A stretch of DNA of 54,124 bases, filler included, from Catajapyx aquilonaris (Eukaryota): NCBI GenBank assembly GCA_000934665.2. It is 2 parts of 2 records of this genome, joined end to end, with 100 filler letters (N's around TTAATTAATTAA, not from the genome) between each part and the next. Parts side by side here need not be neighbours in the genome. Positions count along the whole stretch, not along the records: positions 1 to 27,058 come from JYFJ02005127.1; 1 more part is not named here. One strand, 5' to 3'. The position numbers and the translations under genes are program-made. Shown piece after piece: positions 1 to 12,250 of this stretch; position 1 is the stretch's first letter, and every line of letters starts with the position of its first letter. The notes under the pieces are model-generated. The model searched no databases and was not told where the DNA came from. It saw only the letters and a list, made by a program, of their open reading frames with translations.

Positions 1-156
1 TCATTGATGGATGAATGATGAATTCTGTGAGTAAATGAATCATTGATGGATGAATGATGAATTCTGTGAGTAAATGAATAATTCATGGATAAATGATGAA
101 TTCCGTGAGTAAATGAATAATTCATGGATAAATGATGAATTCCGTGAGTAAATTAA
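1..156. repeat. 39-bp tandem minisatellite, 4 copies (cut by window start)
   Basis: Unit TCATTGATGGATGAATGATGAATTCTGTGAGTAAATGAA and variants start at 1, 40, 79 and 118. Confidence 0.95.
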
Positions 157-1912
157 TTATAATACCTAACATTACCAAACTTTAGAGAACTAATCATTTG
201 TACGTACTATTGATCTGCGAAGGAATGACGCAGGTTACACCTTTATGGCGCAGAATATATTTTCGCAAGGTGTGAACCAGATCTGCGCAATATTTTTTTT
301 TTGCCAATCAGGTCAAACACGTGTATGACCTTTAACTTGTAGGGATTCGGGGGGGTTCCAAAAGTTGCGCAATTTTCTTCCCTTTTGCGAAGAATTGAAG
401 TGGGTGGTAGAAAAAGGAAGGCAATTATTGTTCATAGACTGTCCCTGGGAGCGGAAACTCCTCAAAGTCCACTCCAAGTCTGAGGCAAAGTTCTGTAGAA
501 ACCCACAGAAACTGAAATTCGAGAGCGGAATTACAGTATATAAGTCTGCACTTGGCGGTTTTCAGCACAATAACAAGGTTTTTGGTGAGAGAGAGAGAGA
601 CCCGCCGCCTTCTAATTATCCGGCCGTTAAGTGCTATCCGTTTTTCCATTTCAGCTTCACCTTGATGCCACTTGACTTATGCTGGATTTTCTAGGGAACG
701 ATTCCGAGCCATATAGTCATTTTGCGTTGTTAGGCCTGTAAAGGAATTTTCTGCTCAGCCATTTGGGAAAATTAAATTGGCAGAAACACTAGCTGTTAAT
801 CTACAGTTACATACATTATGATGGTGAAGAAAACAAAATGTTACAACATTTATCTTATGTATTAAATTTTGTTCACAACATAATTTAATACATAAGATAA
901 ATGCGTTACAAAATTAATTAATGAAGGAAAGATTTGTTTACAGATGGGTGTGATGTGAGTAAATACTATTTTCATTATATTTCTGAATTTATATTATCTC
1001 GCCTAGTATCTTGCTCAGTGCAATACAAATTGTAATATACGTAATATTATTCACTGCAGGCCAATCTGTAAACAAATATATTAATTTTCCTATGCTACAG
1101 GCTAACCTAGGGCTTTCAGATGTCGCACTCCAGATATATATTTTTTCCCATTTGACACCAATATTAGCATTCGTCCTCCGGATATTCAAGCAGTAATCTA
1201 CCTGCGCAATTAACATCCAACTTGCAGCTAACAACCCACCTGTAATTAGTACATATGTTCAAAAACAACTAAAATTAATTGTGTGTGTGTGGTGGAGGGG
1301 GCTATACCTCCACCCCTTGCTCACTAATGTCACTTTTGCCAGGCCGAAAATGGTTGAGGTTACCGCTGTACATTCCTCCAGGGCACTAAATTCATAACTA
1401 GCCTAGATCAAAAGCACTGCATGAAATTAGTTTCTGTTGGAGAGTATGGGGAACTGATTTCGCCCGAAGGTTGAGGCTGGTTATACTGGGCTTTCAAAAG
1501 TTTTGGAGCACAAAGATAGCTTCTGATGACCACCAAAGTCTCCTTCAAATGAACCTAGAATCTATCTGCATAGAGAGAAAAGACCTAAATCCAGAGTCAG
1601 GGGGGTTCAAGCTATAGTTACTGGAGGAAGGAAAGTCTAACGAGTGACACACAAAAAGTGTCACCATGGAGACTGTCTTACAAGGGTTTCTCTGGTATCT
1701 CTGGAAGCTTTAAAACCTGAGAATTGTCGAAAATTGCGCAGTTTATCAGCTTGTTCCTGTTTTTGTAGCCATTTTGGATACACTTTATACAATGGCCATA
1801 TTTGATTTAAAAAAATTGTATGGCTGCCATTTTGGATCCACCTTGTATAGTCGCCCTATTGGACCAATTATTTTTGTATGGGCTTCACTTTGGATCAGCC
1901 CCTACAGTATTA

Positions 1913-2217
1913 TCTTATCGCCTGCCGGGGCGTTTTGCATGGAATGCTCACTTGAGAGCGCCATGAGACAGCTTTCACTGCTCTATTATGTGGCGATCCT
2001 ACCGGACAGCGCTAAACTTTACAGGTACAACTTGAAGCGCTACATTGGGGGACCCAACATGGTAGCCGACGGCCATGTTGGGCCCGCATGTAGCGGATTC
2101 CCTTCTACCTAAGTTCAGCGCGGTCCGGTATGGTTGCCACATAATAGAGCAGTGAAAGCTGTCTCCTGGCGCTCTCAAGTGAGCACCTCATGCAACACGT
2201 CCCGGCAGGCGATAAGA
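1913..2217. mobile_element. ~305-bp imperfect palindrome (MITE/foldback-like)
   Basis: TCTTATCGCCTGCCGGG...CCCGGCAGGCGATAAGA. Arms stay complementary to the centre CCCAACATGG-N10-CCATGTTGGG. It interrupts a diverged GCCATTTTGGATC-type repeat. No clear TSD. Confidence 0.75.
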
Positions 2218-3359
2218 GGGAGTGACCAGACCTGAGTATTCTAAGACCATGCTTTGGATCTTGTTCAATGGCCATATTGGATCAATTTTTTTGTACTACC
2301 TCCATTTTGGATCCATTTTGATATTTGACCTCATCGCAATGGTTGTACAAATCTGTCAGACTACAGCAATCTTACACCTTATCCCCTTTAAGAGTTCAGT
2401 GCACTACAGTACAACACACTGTAACCCTCAAAACTGTCCATTACGTAAGCACATAACATGTTGTTTAGAAACTCTAACTCTATGCAGATGTAGAAAGACG
2501 AGTTTCGCTTGCGAATCAACAAAGAGGCCTTTGAGCACAATATCAACTAGGCCGGAATCACATAGCAATTTCCTAAGCTACAAGTTAAATGGAGACTTGT
2601 TTGTACTCAAGTGCTGCAATCTGTGGGATGGGAAGAAAACACTTGTATCGTTGTTTTGAATTGACAATGTCGTTTTCAGTTACAATCTGTATAGTTAGGA
2701 AGGAAGAGTCTGGCAGTGAGATTACCAGGTTTGCCAACAGATGGAGAGACTGTATATGTCGTTTCCTGCACTTCGTGACGCCTGTCATCTGTTGGCGAGA
2801 GGCAGAGTAGTGCAGATCTACAGAAGGGATCAGCTTATAGTGAATGATCAGTACAATGATCTACAGATGAATGATCAGGATCAACGACATAGACATGATT
2901 TGATTTGACATGGTCGTAACCATGATCCCTAGAAAGAAAAACCTCAAGGAAGCCTCCAAAAGATGGCGAGACTCTTGATCTAACTGCGCGACTTGATCGC
3001 CTTTGAAGCTTCATTACCGGCAATTAACTCCGGTAGCAACATCCATACACTTAATTACCGCTACAAGAACCTTGCTCCATCTGACTCATTACCGCCTCAG
3101 TTTACTTCAAGATGGCATCAAGAGCATTGGATCTTGCTCATCGTTCCAACTAAGGCAACTCATTAATTCGGGCCCAAAACCCATAACTCGCTTCGTTTCA
3201 TGACGTTTAATTGTTTTCGAAAGGGGGGAAAGGGCAAATCAAAGTGCCTCTTGGACGCTTCATGGCTCACTCTAGCGGGAGTTCTTCAAAGCTGAGATCT
3301 ATTATTCTGGGTCAGGTCATATTTGATATATTCGACGGCTCTTGATTATGAGATGATCA

Positions 3360-4380
3360 TTATATCGAAAATTGGCTAAGAATCGGATGTTGATATCGGA
3401 AAAATCATGCTTCAATATTGATTATATCGATAACAGCTGATATATTGTATATTGTTAGGTTATAGATATTCGATATATCAAAAGAGCTCGATTCAATGTT
3501 TCATTTCGATATCGATATATCCTGGGGAGGTGTGGTGGTCGAGCTGGTAGTGGCTCGGCTTGCTGATCGAAAGGTCCCGGGTTCGATCCCCGCCCGGGAT
3601 TTCCCTTTCGGCTGCGTCGGGAGGGTCTCTGACCTGCACCTTGGAGGTGTCAGGCAACCTAACCTACTGGGAGTCTGTATACATGGCCCAGTTTCCCTGA
3701 TATTTTCCTGTACCGGAGTTTGAATGAAAAAACCAAGAAAATTGAAAGTATGGTGGTGTTCCACCCCCCTAATAGAGCGTTGATCTCTCAATGGGGTAAA
3801 TATATATATATATATATATATCGATATCGATATATCCAGAAATCCCCATTCCTGATTTTATATCGATATTATCCGATGCATTAAGAATTGCAATTTTCTA
3901 TTTATTTTGCTAACAATAAAGTAAATCAAAATAGTTCGATGAAATGTTTTATGTCAATATTGATATATCGGGAAAGCCCCAATTTCTGATTTTATATTGA
4001 TATTATTCGATACCTTAATATTCGGACCGTTTTTCGATTGATTCTGCTGCCAATCTTCGTTATATCGAGCTACTATTATGTTATGACAATATTCGATATA
4101 CCTGAATAGCTCGATATATCGCAGATTTGGTAGCAGAATAAATCGAAAAACCGTCCGCTTATTAAGGTATCGAATAATATCGATATAAAATCAGAAATTG
4201 GGCCTTTCCCGATATATCGATATCAAAATAAAACATTGAATCGACTTTTTTTAGATATACCGAATATTTTTATCTCTTAATTATGTTAGATGACGGTAAC
4301 GATAATATTGAATATCTAATTAATCCGAATTATTAAGTGATATATTGATAAATCGATACGTTAATAAATCGAAAAGGTCC
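3360..4380. repeat. ATCGAT/TATCGATA-rich low-complexity tract with internal inverted repeat (~3936-4243)
   Basis: Dense ATATCG/TCGATA words. GATATATCGGGAAAGCCCCAATTTCTGATTTTATAT...ATATAAAATCAGAAATTGGGCCTTTCCCGATATATC forms arms of roughly 140 bp. Confidence 0.8.
3523..3820 (+). mobile_element. tRNA-derived SINE, family copy 1
   Basis: A box TGGTCGAGCTGG and B box GGTTCGATCCC. Body is homologous to 50970-51329. (TA)n tail and exact 17-bp TSD TCGATATCGATATATCC (3506-3522 / 3821-3837). Confidence 0.9.
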
Positions 4381-4399
4381 TATTCACTGTGACACTCTT

Positions 4400-4850
4400 T
4401 ATTGACAAGCCAATCATTTGTGAGCGTGTTTATCAGCCAATCGAACAACAGACCGACAAATCATTGTCGGGTTAAACGGTAGAGGGAGTTGAGTTCGCAA
4501 AGAAAAATAACAATAGTAAAACCACACACTAATCATTGAGTTTTGTGGGTTTAGTTTTGCAACGAGTCTTTTGCGTGTGTGCGCGCCAATCACTAGTCCT
4601 AATTTCCGTAGTTCTGCCATTTGCCGCCATTCGTTGGCGGAAATGTCGCCTCCGTTTCCATTCAACTTCGAAGCCCTGCATTAGGTATAGTTATTAATCG
4701 CCGCATTTTGAAAAACATGGCGCTTTTTTCGGCTGTGTGTGGCTCTGACGGTGATCGATAATGTCCAATTGCTAGGGGGCATTATTGGAGAGGCGGGTTT
4801 ATTGGAGATGGAAACAGACCCTTGGCGCCATCTATGGGAAGCCCACTGTT
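4400..4850. promoter_or_regulatory. candidate promoter/regulatory island (CCAAT, YY1/PHO-like and CTCF-like motifs)
   Basis: CpG-rich relative to flanks. GCCAATC x3 (~4409, ~4436, ~4585), GCCGCCATT (~4623), AAAACATGGCG (~4712), TTGCTAGGGGGCA (~4769), GGCGCCATCTATGG (~4824). Motif reading only. Confidence 0.35.
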
Positions 4851-5857
4851 GCAAAGGGCCCATTGTTGTGCTGCCAAGAGTCGTGGTGCCAGAATTCCTC
4901 TCTAGGTAGCATAGCCAACTGTAAATCAATAGTACCACTTATGTGGTTAAGTCGAGTCATCGATATGTCGTATTTTTGATCGACATTTCTTCATATTTAT
5001 GCTAGCATCAATAATAATACGTATGTTTAAAGCGTCACCAGGAATGGTGGACATCGGCCTTGCGACTGCTGCGCCCATAAGCTCTATAGGGCTTGCAGTG
5101 TAAAACAGCTGTAACTCGGTTAATTTTGATCGAATTAATTTTATTTTTCAATGTGTATGAAGGTAATAGACTCCTGCATACCCTGGTGACTCTAAAAAAT
5201 TAATATTGCAATTATGTTTGGGAGATAATGGTGTCTCATTCCGCTTATGAGGTTTTGCGTTTCATTTAGCTCTTGGGCCCGAAAAAGCTACTTTCAATTG
5301 AAATATTTCATTGATCTCAAAATGTGTATGAAATATACGATGTGTGTGACAAAATGGCTATTCCATATTTAAGATTGGTCCACAAAGTAGTGAGATCCTG
5401 GTGTCTCTTTCCGATCATTTACACCATCCAAGTATGTTCCATCCTGAGAGTTAGGCAACTGTCGAATTACGGTGAGGGTTAAGCTGGACTCCGTGGGGCA
5501 CATGCTGACTCAGACTGTTTCTGGTGTCTATTATAATCCTTTTGTTGGCCTTCAAAACCGAAGAAGGAAACGGGTTTACTTGGCCGCCTTTTCTAACTAA
5601 GTGCATTTGCCGGAATAATAAAATTTAAGTGCAAGGAAGCCCAACATGAAAAGTACGGATGCAGGGTGAAAGGTACGTTCCTGACATCCCATGACCATCA
5701 CATACAAAGCAATAAGCTAAAAATAAATATACCTGTCAGCAATCATTACTCCGTACATATCTGAAATGAACTTTCATGCCACATTCTCACTATCTTCGTC
5801 CAAGTCTTCGGACAGATGTTCTGTACATGTGCTGGATACGATAAACTTGTTCAGAAT

Positions 5858-5929
5858 CGCCGGCCCCGGGAATCGAACCCAGAATCTCCCGATTAGCATC
5901 CGGTCGCCTTAACGACTACACCAGCCTGC
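5858..5929 (-). pseudogene. tRNA-like sequence (tRNA pseudogene or SINE head)
   Basis: Reverse complement GCAGGCTGGTGTAGTCGTTAAGGCGACCGGATGCTAATCGGGAGATTCTGGGTTCGATTCCCGGGGCCGGCG. B box and T-arm intact, acceptor stem mismatched. GCT sits in the anticodon position but the long variable arm of tRNA-Ser is absent. Confidence 0.7.
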
Positions 5930-6360
5930 TTCGGTAAGATACATAGATGAGGCAGGTGTACATATGTCGTGTATACTGTAGCTACGAGAATAGAAGCAGG
6001 AGAGGAATTGGCATCAATATCTTTCTGTCTCCTATGAGTCCTATATACCAAAACTAAGACATTTCCTGCTCGAGTGAATGGCAGAGGGAATCAAATTTTT
6101 CAATTGCATTCTTAAATACTAAAAGCAATATGCAACGAATGTCGATGGGTACGCAATATTGGTTGCACTGAGCGAGTGTTCATCTACCTATTCATTTCTT
6201 GAATCTCTTCAGGAATGCGGGCCATATATGCCCATATGTCTCATGTAAAATAACATCCAGTCGGAATAACAATATAGACAGGCTGTTGCTTGGGCTGTTG
6301 GACAGAACATGTATGCTGCATACTGCATAGGCTCCGTATGAGTAGGCAATTGTGCTCATA

Positions 6361-6727
6361 TAAATAAAAAACAGGCAGTAAAACTGCCGAAAACTATTCT
6401 TCCTCTGCTGGGTCAGATCAAAAGTAATAACCAAGTCAATTGATGGGGGTGGTTACGTCTCATGAGGATGTGTGATAATTAATTTTCATTAAAAATAGTC
6501 GTGCTTTGGAAAGGAAAGAATTGGGCAGAGTATGAGAATCGGATGTGTATAAAACTATAAGAGCGATCTCTGCCCAATTCTTCCCTTCCCAAAGCACGAC
6601 TATTTTTAATGAAAATTAATTATCACACATCTTCATGAGACGAAACCAATAGACTTGGTTATTACTTTTGATCTGACCCAGCAGAGGAAGAATAGTTTTC
6701 GGCAGTTTTACTGCCTGTTTTTATTTA
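6361..6727. mobile_element. foldback/MITE, ~160-170-bp arms with 37-bp spacer
   Basis: 6361-6530 is the near-exact reverse complement of 6568-6727, apart from a ~10-bp indel and a few substitutions. Confidence 0.85.
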
Positions 6728-7641
6728 GTTCTTTTCATCATCATCGAATGGGGACAATTTTATCGCGGGCAGGAATGGCAACTTCTAATATCCACACCAC
6801 TTTCACTTGGGGTCTTTCGGAGGACACTTAATCCCTTTGGCCGTTTCCAAAAATAAAAGCACCTTGGTACTGGTCCCTGCTAAGATTAGCGGACCGGTTC
6901 CGACTTCAGAGAGGGGTCCAAGCAAAATGATAAGCAGATACGTCATCACTGGAGTTTATTACCTGCCGAATTTATTTTCGTAAATAATGAGATTTCATGA
7001 TTTCTGATAGCATATTGTAATTCAGCATAGCTGAAAACATGGGTGTACATGTGCGATTCATTCGACAAATTAACACGGGGAGTAAAAAACGGGCACTATC
7101 GTAATGCCTTCGCAACTCAAAAAGTAAAGGTTTTTTCAAAAAAAGTTATCTGAGGAGGGCGCCGCCCGAGATCATGGCTGTTCTAATGAGACATTGCATG
7201 ACCCTCTACGATGCACCGTTTAGGCTGTACCCGTGTCGACGTAACGACACTTTTTTGAACTTCGACACCTGCTAGTGACCTCAGTAATGGCCCTAGTTGT
7301 CGTTTATCTATCTAAGGTGGGTCAAGTGAGCTGTGTCCAAATCTTGTTACCGATTTGAAATAGGTTTAGCCGTACGAGAGTCATGAAGGTGACAAATTAA
7401 CTTTGGGAGCATATAGCGATTCCCCACACTATGAATACGGTGAGGAAGAATAGAAAGACGAGATGGGAAAATTTAATATGCAAAAAATTGGTTATCAACA
7501 GAGCAAAATACACATTTGCCGCCAAAAACACGTCTTTTCCATTATTAATCGGATGAAGGAAAAGGGCACTGGCGAAAATGTTTGTAGTAATCTGGGCAAG
7601 TGGGAAGTAAAGAGTAGGCCTACAACTGTTACAAGGCATTA

Positions 7642-7873
7642 TTAACCCTTAACTAGTAAGGTGGGGTCATTTTTTACCCCAAGCTTGCGGAAATTAGCAC
7701 TGTCAAATAACTGGTTAATCAAGAGCCAAAAGCTTCCGTGTATTCCTCGATCACATATTTGTTTATGTGTTAATAACCTTTAAAATTTTCACAAAATTTA
7801 ATAGCGGTCCAAAAACGGCTATAACGAAGGTGATGTGCGGCTGGGGTCAAATATGACTCCACCTTACTAGTTA
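7642..7873. mobile_element. piggyBac-like terminal fragment
   Basis: TTAA|CCCTTAACTAGTAAGGTGGGGTCA end with an inverted copy (GGGTCAAATATGACTCCACCTTACTAGTTA). No matching AAGGG|TTAA end found. Confidence 0.4.
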
Positions 7874-8653
7874 CGTTTGGATTCCTCATTGCTCTTGGAT
7901 TCATGGTAAATGTGAAATTGAAAAGAGAGGAATATAAGCCGATAACACGCAATTTTCACTTCATTCTTTAAAACTTTGAGCGGCTGTAGAAATATGAACC
8001 AGAAACCTTTGGAGGTGGCTCCAACCCTAAAAATACTATTTATGGTGACTACAGCACGAAAAAAAATTAAACTGGCTTTTGGCTCCAAGTGCATAATTCG
8101 GTAAGAAATGCCTCGAAGCAAAATAGATAAGTGAGAAAGGAGGGGAGCTTAAATGGGGGACGGAGATCACTAAGCCGGTTCGCGAAGGTCATGTCCCCAA
8201 AGAAAACAAGACAGGAGGGCATGTAGTGCTGGACTTTCAGGGAATACCTGGAAGAGGGTTCTGATCGCAATCAACTTTTAGTAAAATCCCCCTAGAGTAA
8301 AAATTAGGCACTATTTGGGCCATGTCCGGGATTCCTGGGGACGGTAGCTTATTATAATTACAGTTTCCATATTTATATCGTTTATATATCCGACATATCG
8401 ATTTCGAAGGAACAAAATCGATATTTTGATATATGGACAAACAATCCATATTTGTATCCGACATCTATTCTTATCGAACAACCATCGAGATATACGTTGA
8501 CTGATGCTGATTTCAAACGGACCGATTATTGATACAACATCAGAATGTTCCACATCGGTATTTTCGATTTATCCACCGGATCTCAATACATATAATTATG
8601 TCGAAGAGCTACCGATATTTTCAATACATCGACATGTTAATATCGAACTGACC

Positions 8654-8920
8654 GGAGAGGTGAGGTGGCCGAGATGGTAACTGACCTTGGAGGCGTCTTG
8701 GTGACCTAACCTCCTGGGGAACTGGCGAACAGCACATGACCCCATCATCAGACATTGCACTTGCACCCAGCATGTTCCCTCCCCCCAAAAAATCCCCATC
8801 CTTAACCCATGTCCTTTCATCCCTTCACCGGAGTTAGAAGAAGAAGAAAATCCGAAAAATGAAGGAAAAATTATGGTATTCCACCCCCCCTCTGGCCCTA
8901 TCACGGGGTAACGTAAAAAA
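8654..8920 (+). mobile_element. tRNA-derived SINE, family copy 2 (B box deleted)
   Basis: GAGGTGGCCGAGATGGTAA head joined directly to GGAGGCGTCTTGGTGACCTAACC body. Shares ACATTGCACTTGCACC with copy 4. Degenerate 13-bp TSD TATCGAACTGACC / TATCAAAGTGACC. Confidence 0.8.
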
Positions 8921-9244
8921 TATCAAAGTGACCTATATCGCTATATAGTCAGAACATTGATATTTATATCAGAACATTCACTATCGAAAATGTCCATGTC
9001 GAGCTTTCCGATGGTTTCCGAACAGTTTGAAGTCAACACCAGTCAATGTATTAAAATATCGATGGTTGTTTGATATACGAATCGATATAGGGCGGATATC
9101 GAAAATATCGATGTCAAGCCATCGATACAAATAAGGATAATAAATTTGTCTATATATCAAAATATCGATTTTACTTCCTTCTAAATAATCTAAATATTGA
9201 TGATCGATAACGATAGGGTACAAGTATCGAACATCCATCGATAT

Positions 9245-9453
9245 TTTATTTTAATTTTGTTGTACCCCATGCTAGAGCCTTAGGCCCTCTTAGGGGAGTG
9301 GAGTGGAATACCACCATTTGTGCAGGTAACAGGACAGGGATGCAACGTCATCAAGTTGGGGGTCGTGTGCAGTCCCCCAGGGGGCCAGGGGGACAGACAT
9401 ACCTCTAGGTGCGGGTCAGCAACCCCCCCCCCCACCGACACCGCACCTCCTCC
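9245..9453 (-). mobile_element. tRNA-derived SINE, family copy 3 (head mostly deleted)
   Basis: Reverse complement has GGAGGAGGTGCGGTG start, CTGGGGGACTGCACACGACCC (identical to copy 4) and the ATGGTGGTATTCCAC...GGGGTA-A-rich tail. Confidence 0.75.
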
Positions 9454-10269
9454 AGGGCAGGGAAGGAAGCGGCTGTGGCCTATGATTTTTTAAATATGTT
9501 GCCTAATATCGATATTTCTGGATATCGAACAGCCATCGGTATTTTTAATGTTGGCTAACATCGATATGGCCTTGATATCAAACAGCCATCGATATTTTTA
9601 CGTTGGATAATATCGATAACAAACTAGATATCGAGCAGCCAAGTCAATCAGCCACTGCAGCCACCTATGGGCCAAATCGCTAATCAGCGTCGCCAATTCT
9701 GATTGTATCGGAATAAGACTTTCACCTATCGTCCGCTTATCATCCCAGTGCTGCCATCTGTGTGGAAAACTGTCCCGATAAGGCCAGCTGTACCATCTGT
9801 CCCGACCTAGCCCACCTCGACCCAAATTCCTCCGTATCTGTCCCTAGAGTCCCAACCCTCTCCCCAAGCAGCTCCCAGAAGACACGTCTTTTCCTAATGA
9901 CACCTTCTGCCGACCGGCGATAAGACAGCGCGAGGAAGCCTCTGGAAATAGACATTATCGTCCCCAAGTCGACGGACAAGTCCCACGAGTTTTCCTTGGC
10001 ATTCGACAGGCAGGCTTCGTACCAAAGTAGGGGGTGTGTCACACTACCCCCCACATCACACAGCGACATTTTTTTTTCTTTTTTTTTGCAAATGTATGCT
10101 GGGAGTCCCACCAGTGCCTGGTGACAAACTCCGAAAGTCGACTCGTCAGTCTTTCATTCCTGGAAGGGACGGGATGTCCCTTAGGATCAAAGGTGTCGTC
10201 AAGGTGATTCGTGAACTCACTACTCAATGTGGGACATTTTTCTACTAAAAGGAGGGACGGTTGGGTGAC

Positions 10270-10468
10270 GTCATTTCATACCCATATCTATAGGACAAAC
10301 AAACACACAAACTTTACTCTAATAAATTTGATACCTTTGTCATACCTGAGTCCGTCACACCTGAGTCCGTCATACCGGAGTCCGTCATACCTGAGTCACA
10401 CATCTCACACCTGCCATACCTATTCATAGGACAGACAGACAAACTTAGCATTTTATTATAATATAGCC
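10270..10468 (-). mobile_element. Helitron-like 5'-end fragments (two)
   Basis: TAGGACAAACAAACACACAAAC and TAGGACAGACAGACAAACTTAGCATTTTATTATAATATAG resemble the terminal segment of the Helitron at 41670-41723. No 3' hairpin-CTAG end identified. Confidence 0.35.
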
Positions 10469-11479
10469 ATTTTGATAATAGCTGTTCCAACCACTTGCTT
10501 AAAATATAGGGTAACTTTTAAACCAAATACACTATTTTATACATTCACTTCTTTTTGTCCCGTTTTCGCCCAAATTTGATTAAAGTTTCGTCGCCAATTA
10601 TGCGTTAAACGCCCGTCAGCGATGCCAACTGCGCAAATATGTCGCTTTCACAAGTGATGATTATGTAAATATGCATAATTTAGTGCAAATTCATCAATTA
10701 TCCGACTTGATGCGCCGTCTAATTAACTGTAAATACTTTGTTTCGTCATTATGCGACGGGTTTGGGAGGAGGGGTTGTTATTGGTGGATTTTGGAAGTTT
10801 CTACACGGAAATAGACATTTTGTGGTCCAACAATGGCTATATTTTATGGATTGTTGTTAGGTTGCTGTTGTTATGATTTTTTCCACTTGTACTGATGTCT
10901 GCCCCGTTATTATTACAGCTCCATCTGTTGTGTACTTAACGAACTTCTGCATATTCCACGCCACATTTCCCCCATCACAATTTGTCCCCCATGAAAGCAT
11001 AATGTTTTTTTGTGACTTTCTTCTCTATTTTGGCGCCATGGAGTTTGAGGTTGGTGGAGCAAATTGAGGGAGAGGAAGTGGAGGAGAACGGGATCGGTTG
11101 GTAAATACAGAAGCCCTGCTGGCTGGGTACACACCAGGGAGATTGGTTGTGAATAAAAGGCGAGAGGACATGAAAGGAAAGTGACGTGAAGAAAATTGGC
11201 CAAACCGATACCGATACTGGCCAACCAAAAAGTCTTCACCAATACTCATCATGGTCTTTTCTATGGGTTAGGTATATTCGGCAATGAATGTGTGTGCTGT
11301 TTATCCGGGGCGAGTCATCAACATGTAGATCTGGCACAAGCCTCAGAGTGGCATAAGTCTGTGTCTATGCGATTGGTACTACTAACCCTTACCTTACCTT
11401 ACCTTCCTCTCACCCCCAAGAGGGCTCCTGGCTCTACCACGGGGCATAAAAAACAAACAAACAAACAAACAAACAAACA

Positions 11480-12250
11480 AACGAATAATGTGTAATCACA
11501 AGTAATCGCAAGGTAATCAGGGTAATCACAAGTAATCAGATTAACAGGTAATTGTAAGGGAGGCCTAATCTGAGTAATCATAAGGTAATAATTATAGTGT
11601 AATCATAAGGTAATCCAGAGTAATCTGGATAATAATGAGATAATATAGGGTAATAATATTATAGGGTAATAATACAGAGATAATATAGGGTAATAATTAT
11701 AGGGTAATAATACAGTATATCGGATAATAATTATAGGGTAATAATACAGTATATCGGATAATAATTATAGGGTAATAATACAGTATAAATTATGGGATAA
11801 TAATGAAAGGGTAATAATGCAGTATAAATTGTGGGATAATAATTATAGGGTAATAATACAGTATAAATTATGGGATAATAATTATAGGGTAATAATACAG
11901 TATAAATTATGGGATAATAATTATAGGGTAATAATACAGTATAAATTATGGGATAATAATTATAGGTTAATAATGCAGTATATGGGATAATAATACAGTA
12001 TATGGGATTATAATTATACGGTAATAATATTGGTTAATACTGGGGAATAATATGATAATATAGGGTAATAATAGGATAATATGGGGTGTTAATTGGGTAA
12101 CATAAGTAGGCCTACTCATAAATCAATAATAAGGTAATCTAGGATAATCTGGGTAATAATGTGTAATCATGAGGTAATCTAGGGTAATCAGTGTAATCAT
12201 GAGGTAATCGAGAGTAATAATGTGTAATAATAAGGTAATCGAGGGTAGTC
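11480..12250. repeat. GTAAT-based low-complexity/minisatellite block
   Basis: Repeated GGGATAATAATTATAGGGTAATAATACAGTATAAATTAT-type units in the core, with degenerate GGTAATC words at the edges. Confidence 0.9.

Larger units (their letters stand above)
8380..9640. repeat. ATCGAT-rich low-complexity tract hosting two SINE copies
   Basis: Recurrent ATCGATATTTT / TATCGAAC words. Confidence 0.75.

Noticed and set aside
5027..5195. Short inverted match GTCACCAGG / CCTGGTGAC near TTAA
   Set aside because: Only 9 bp and no clean TSD; too weak to call an element.
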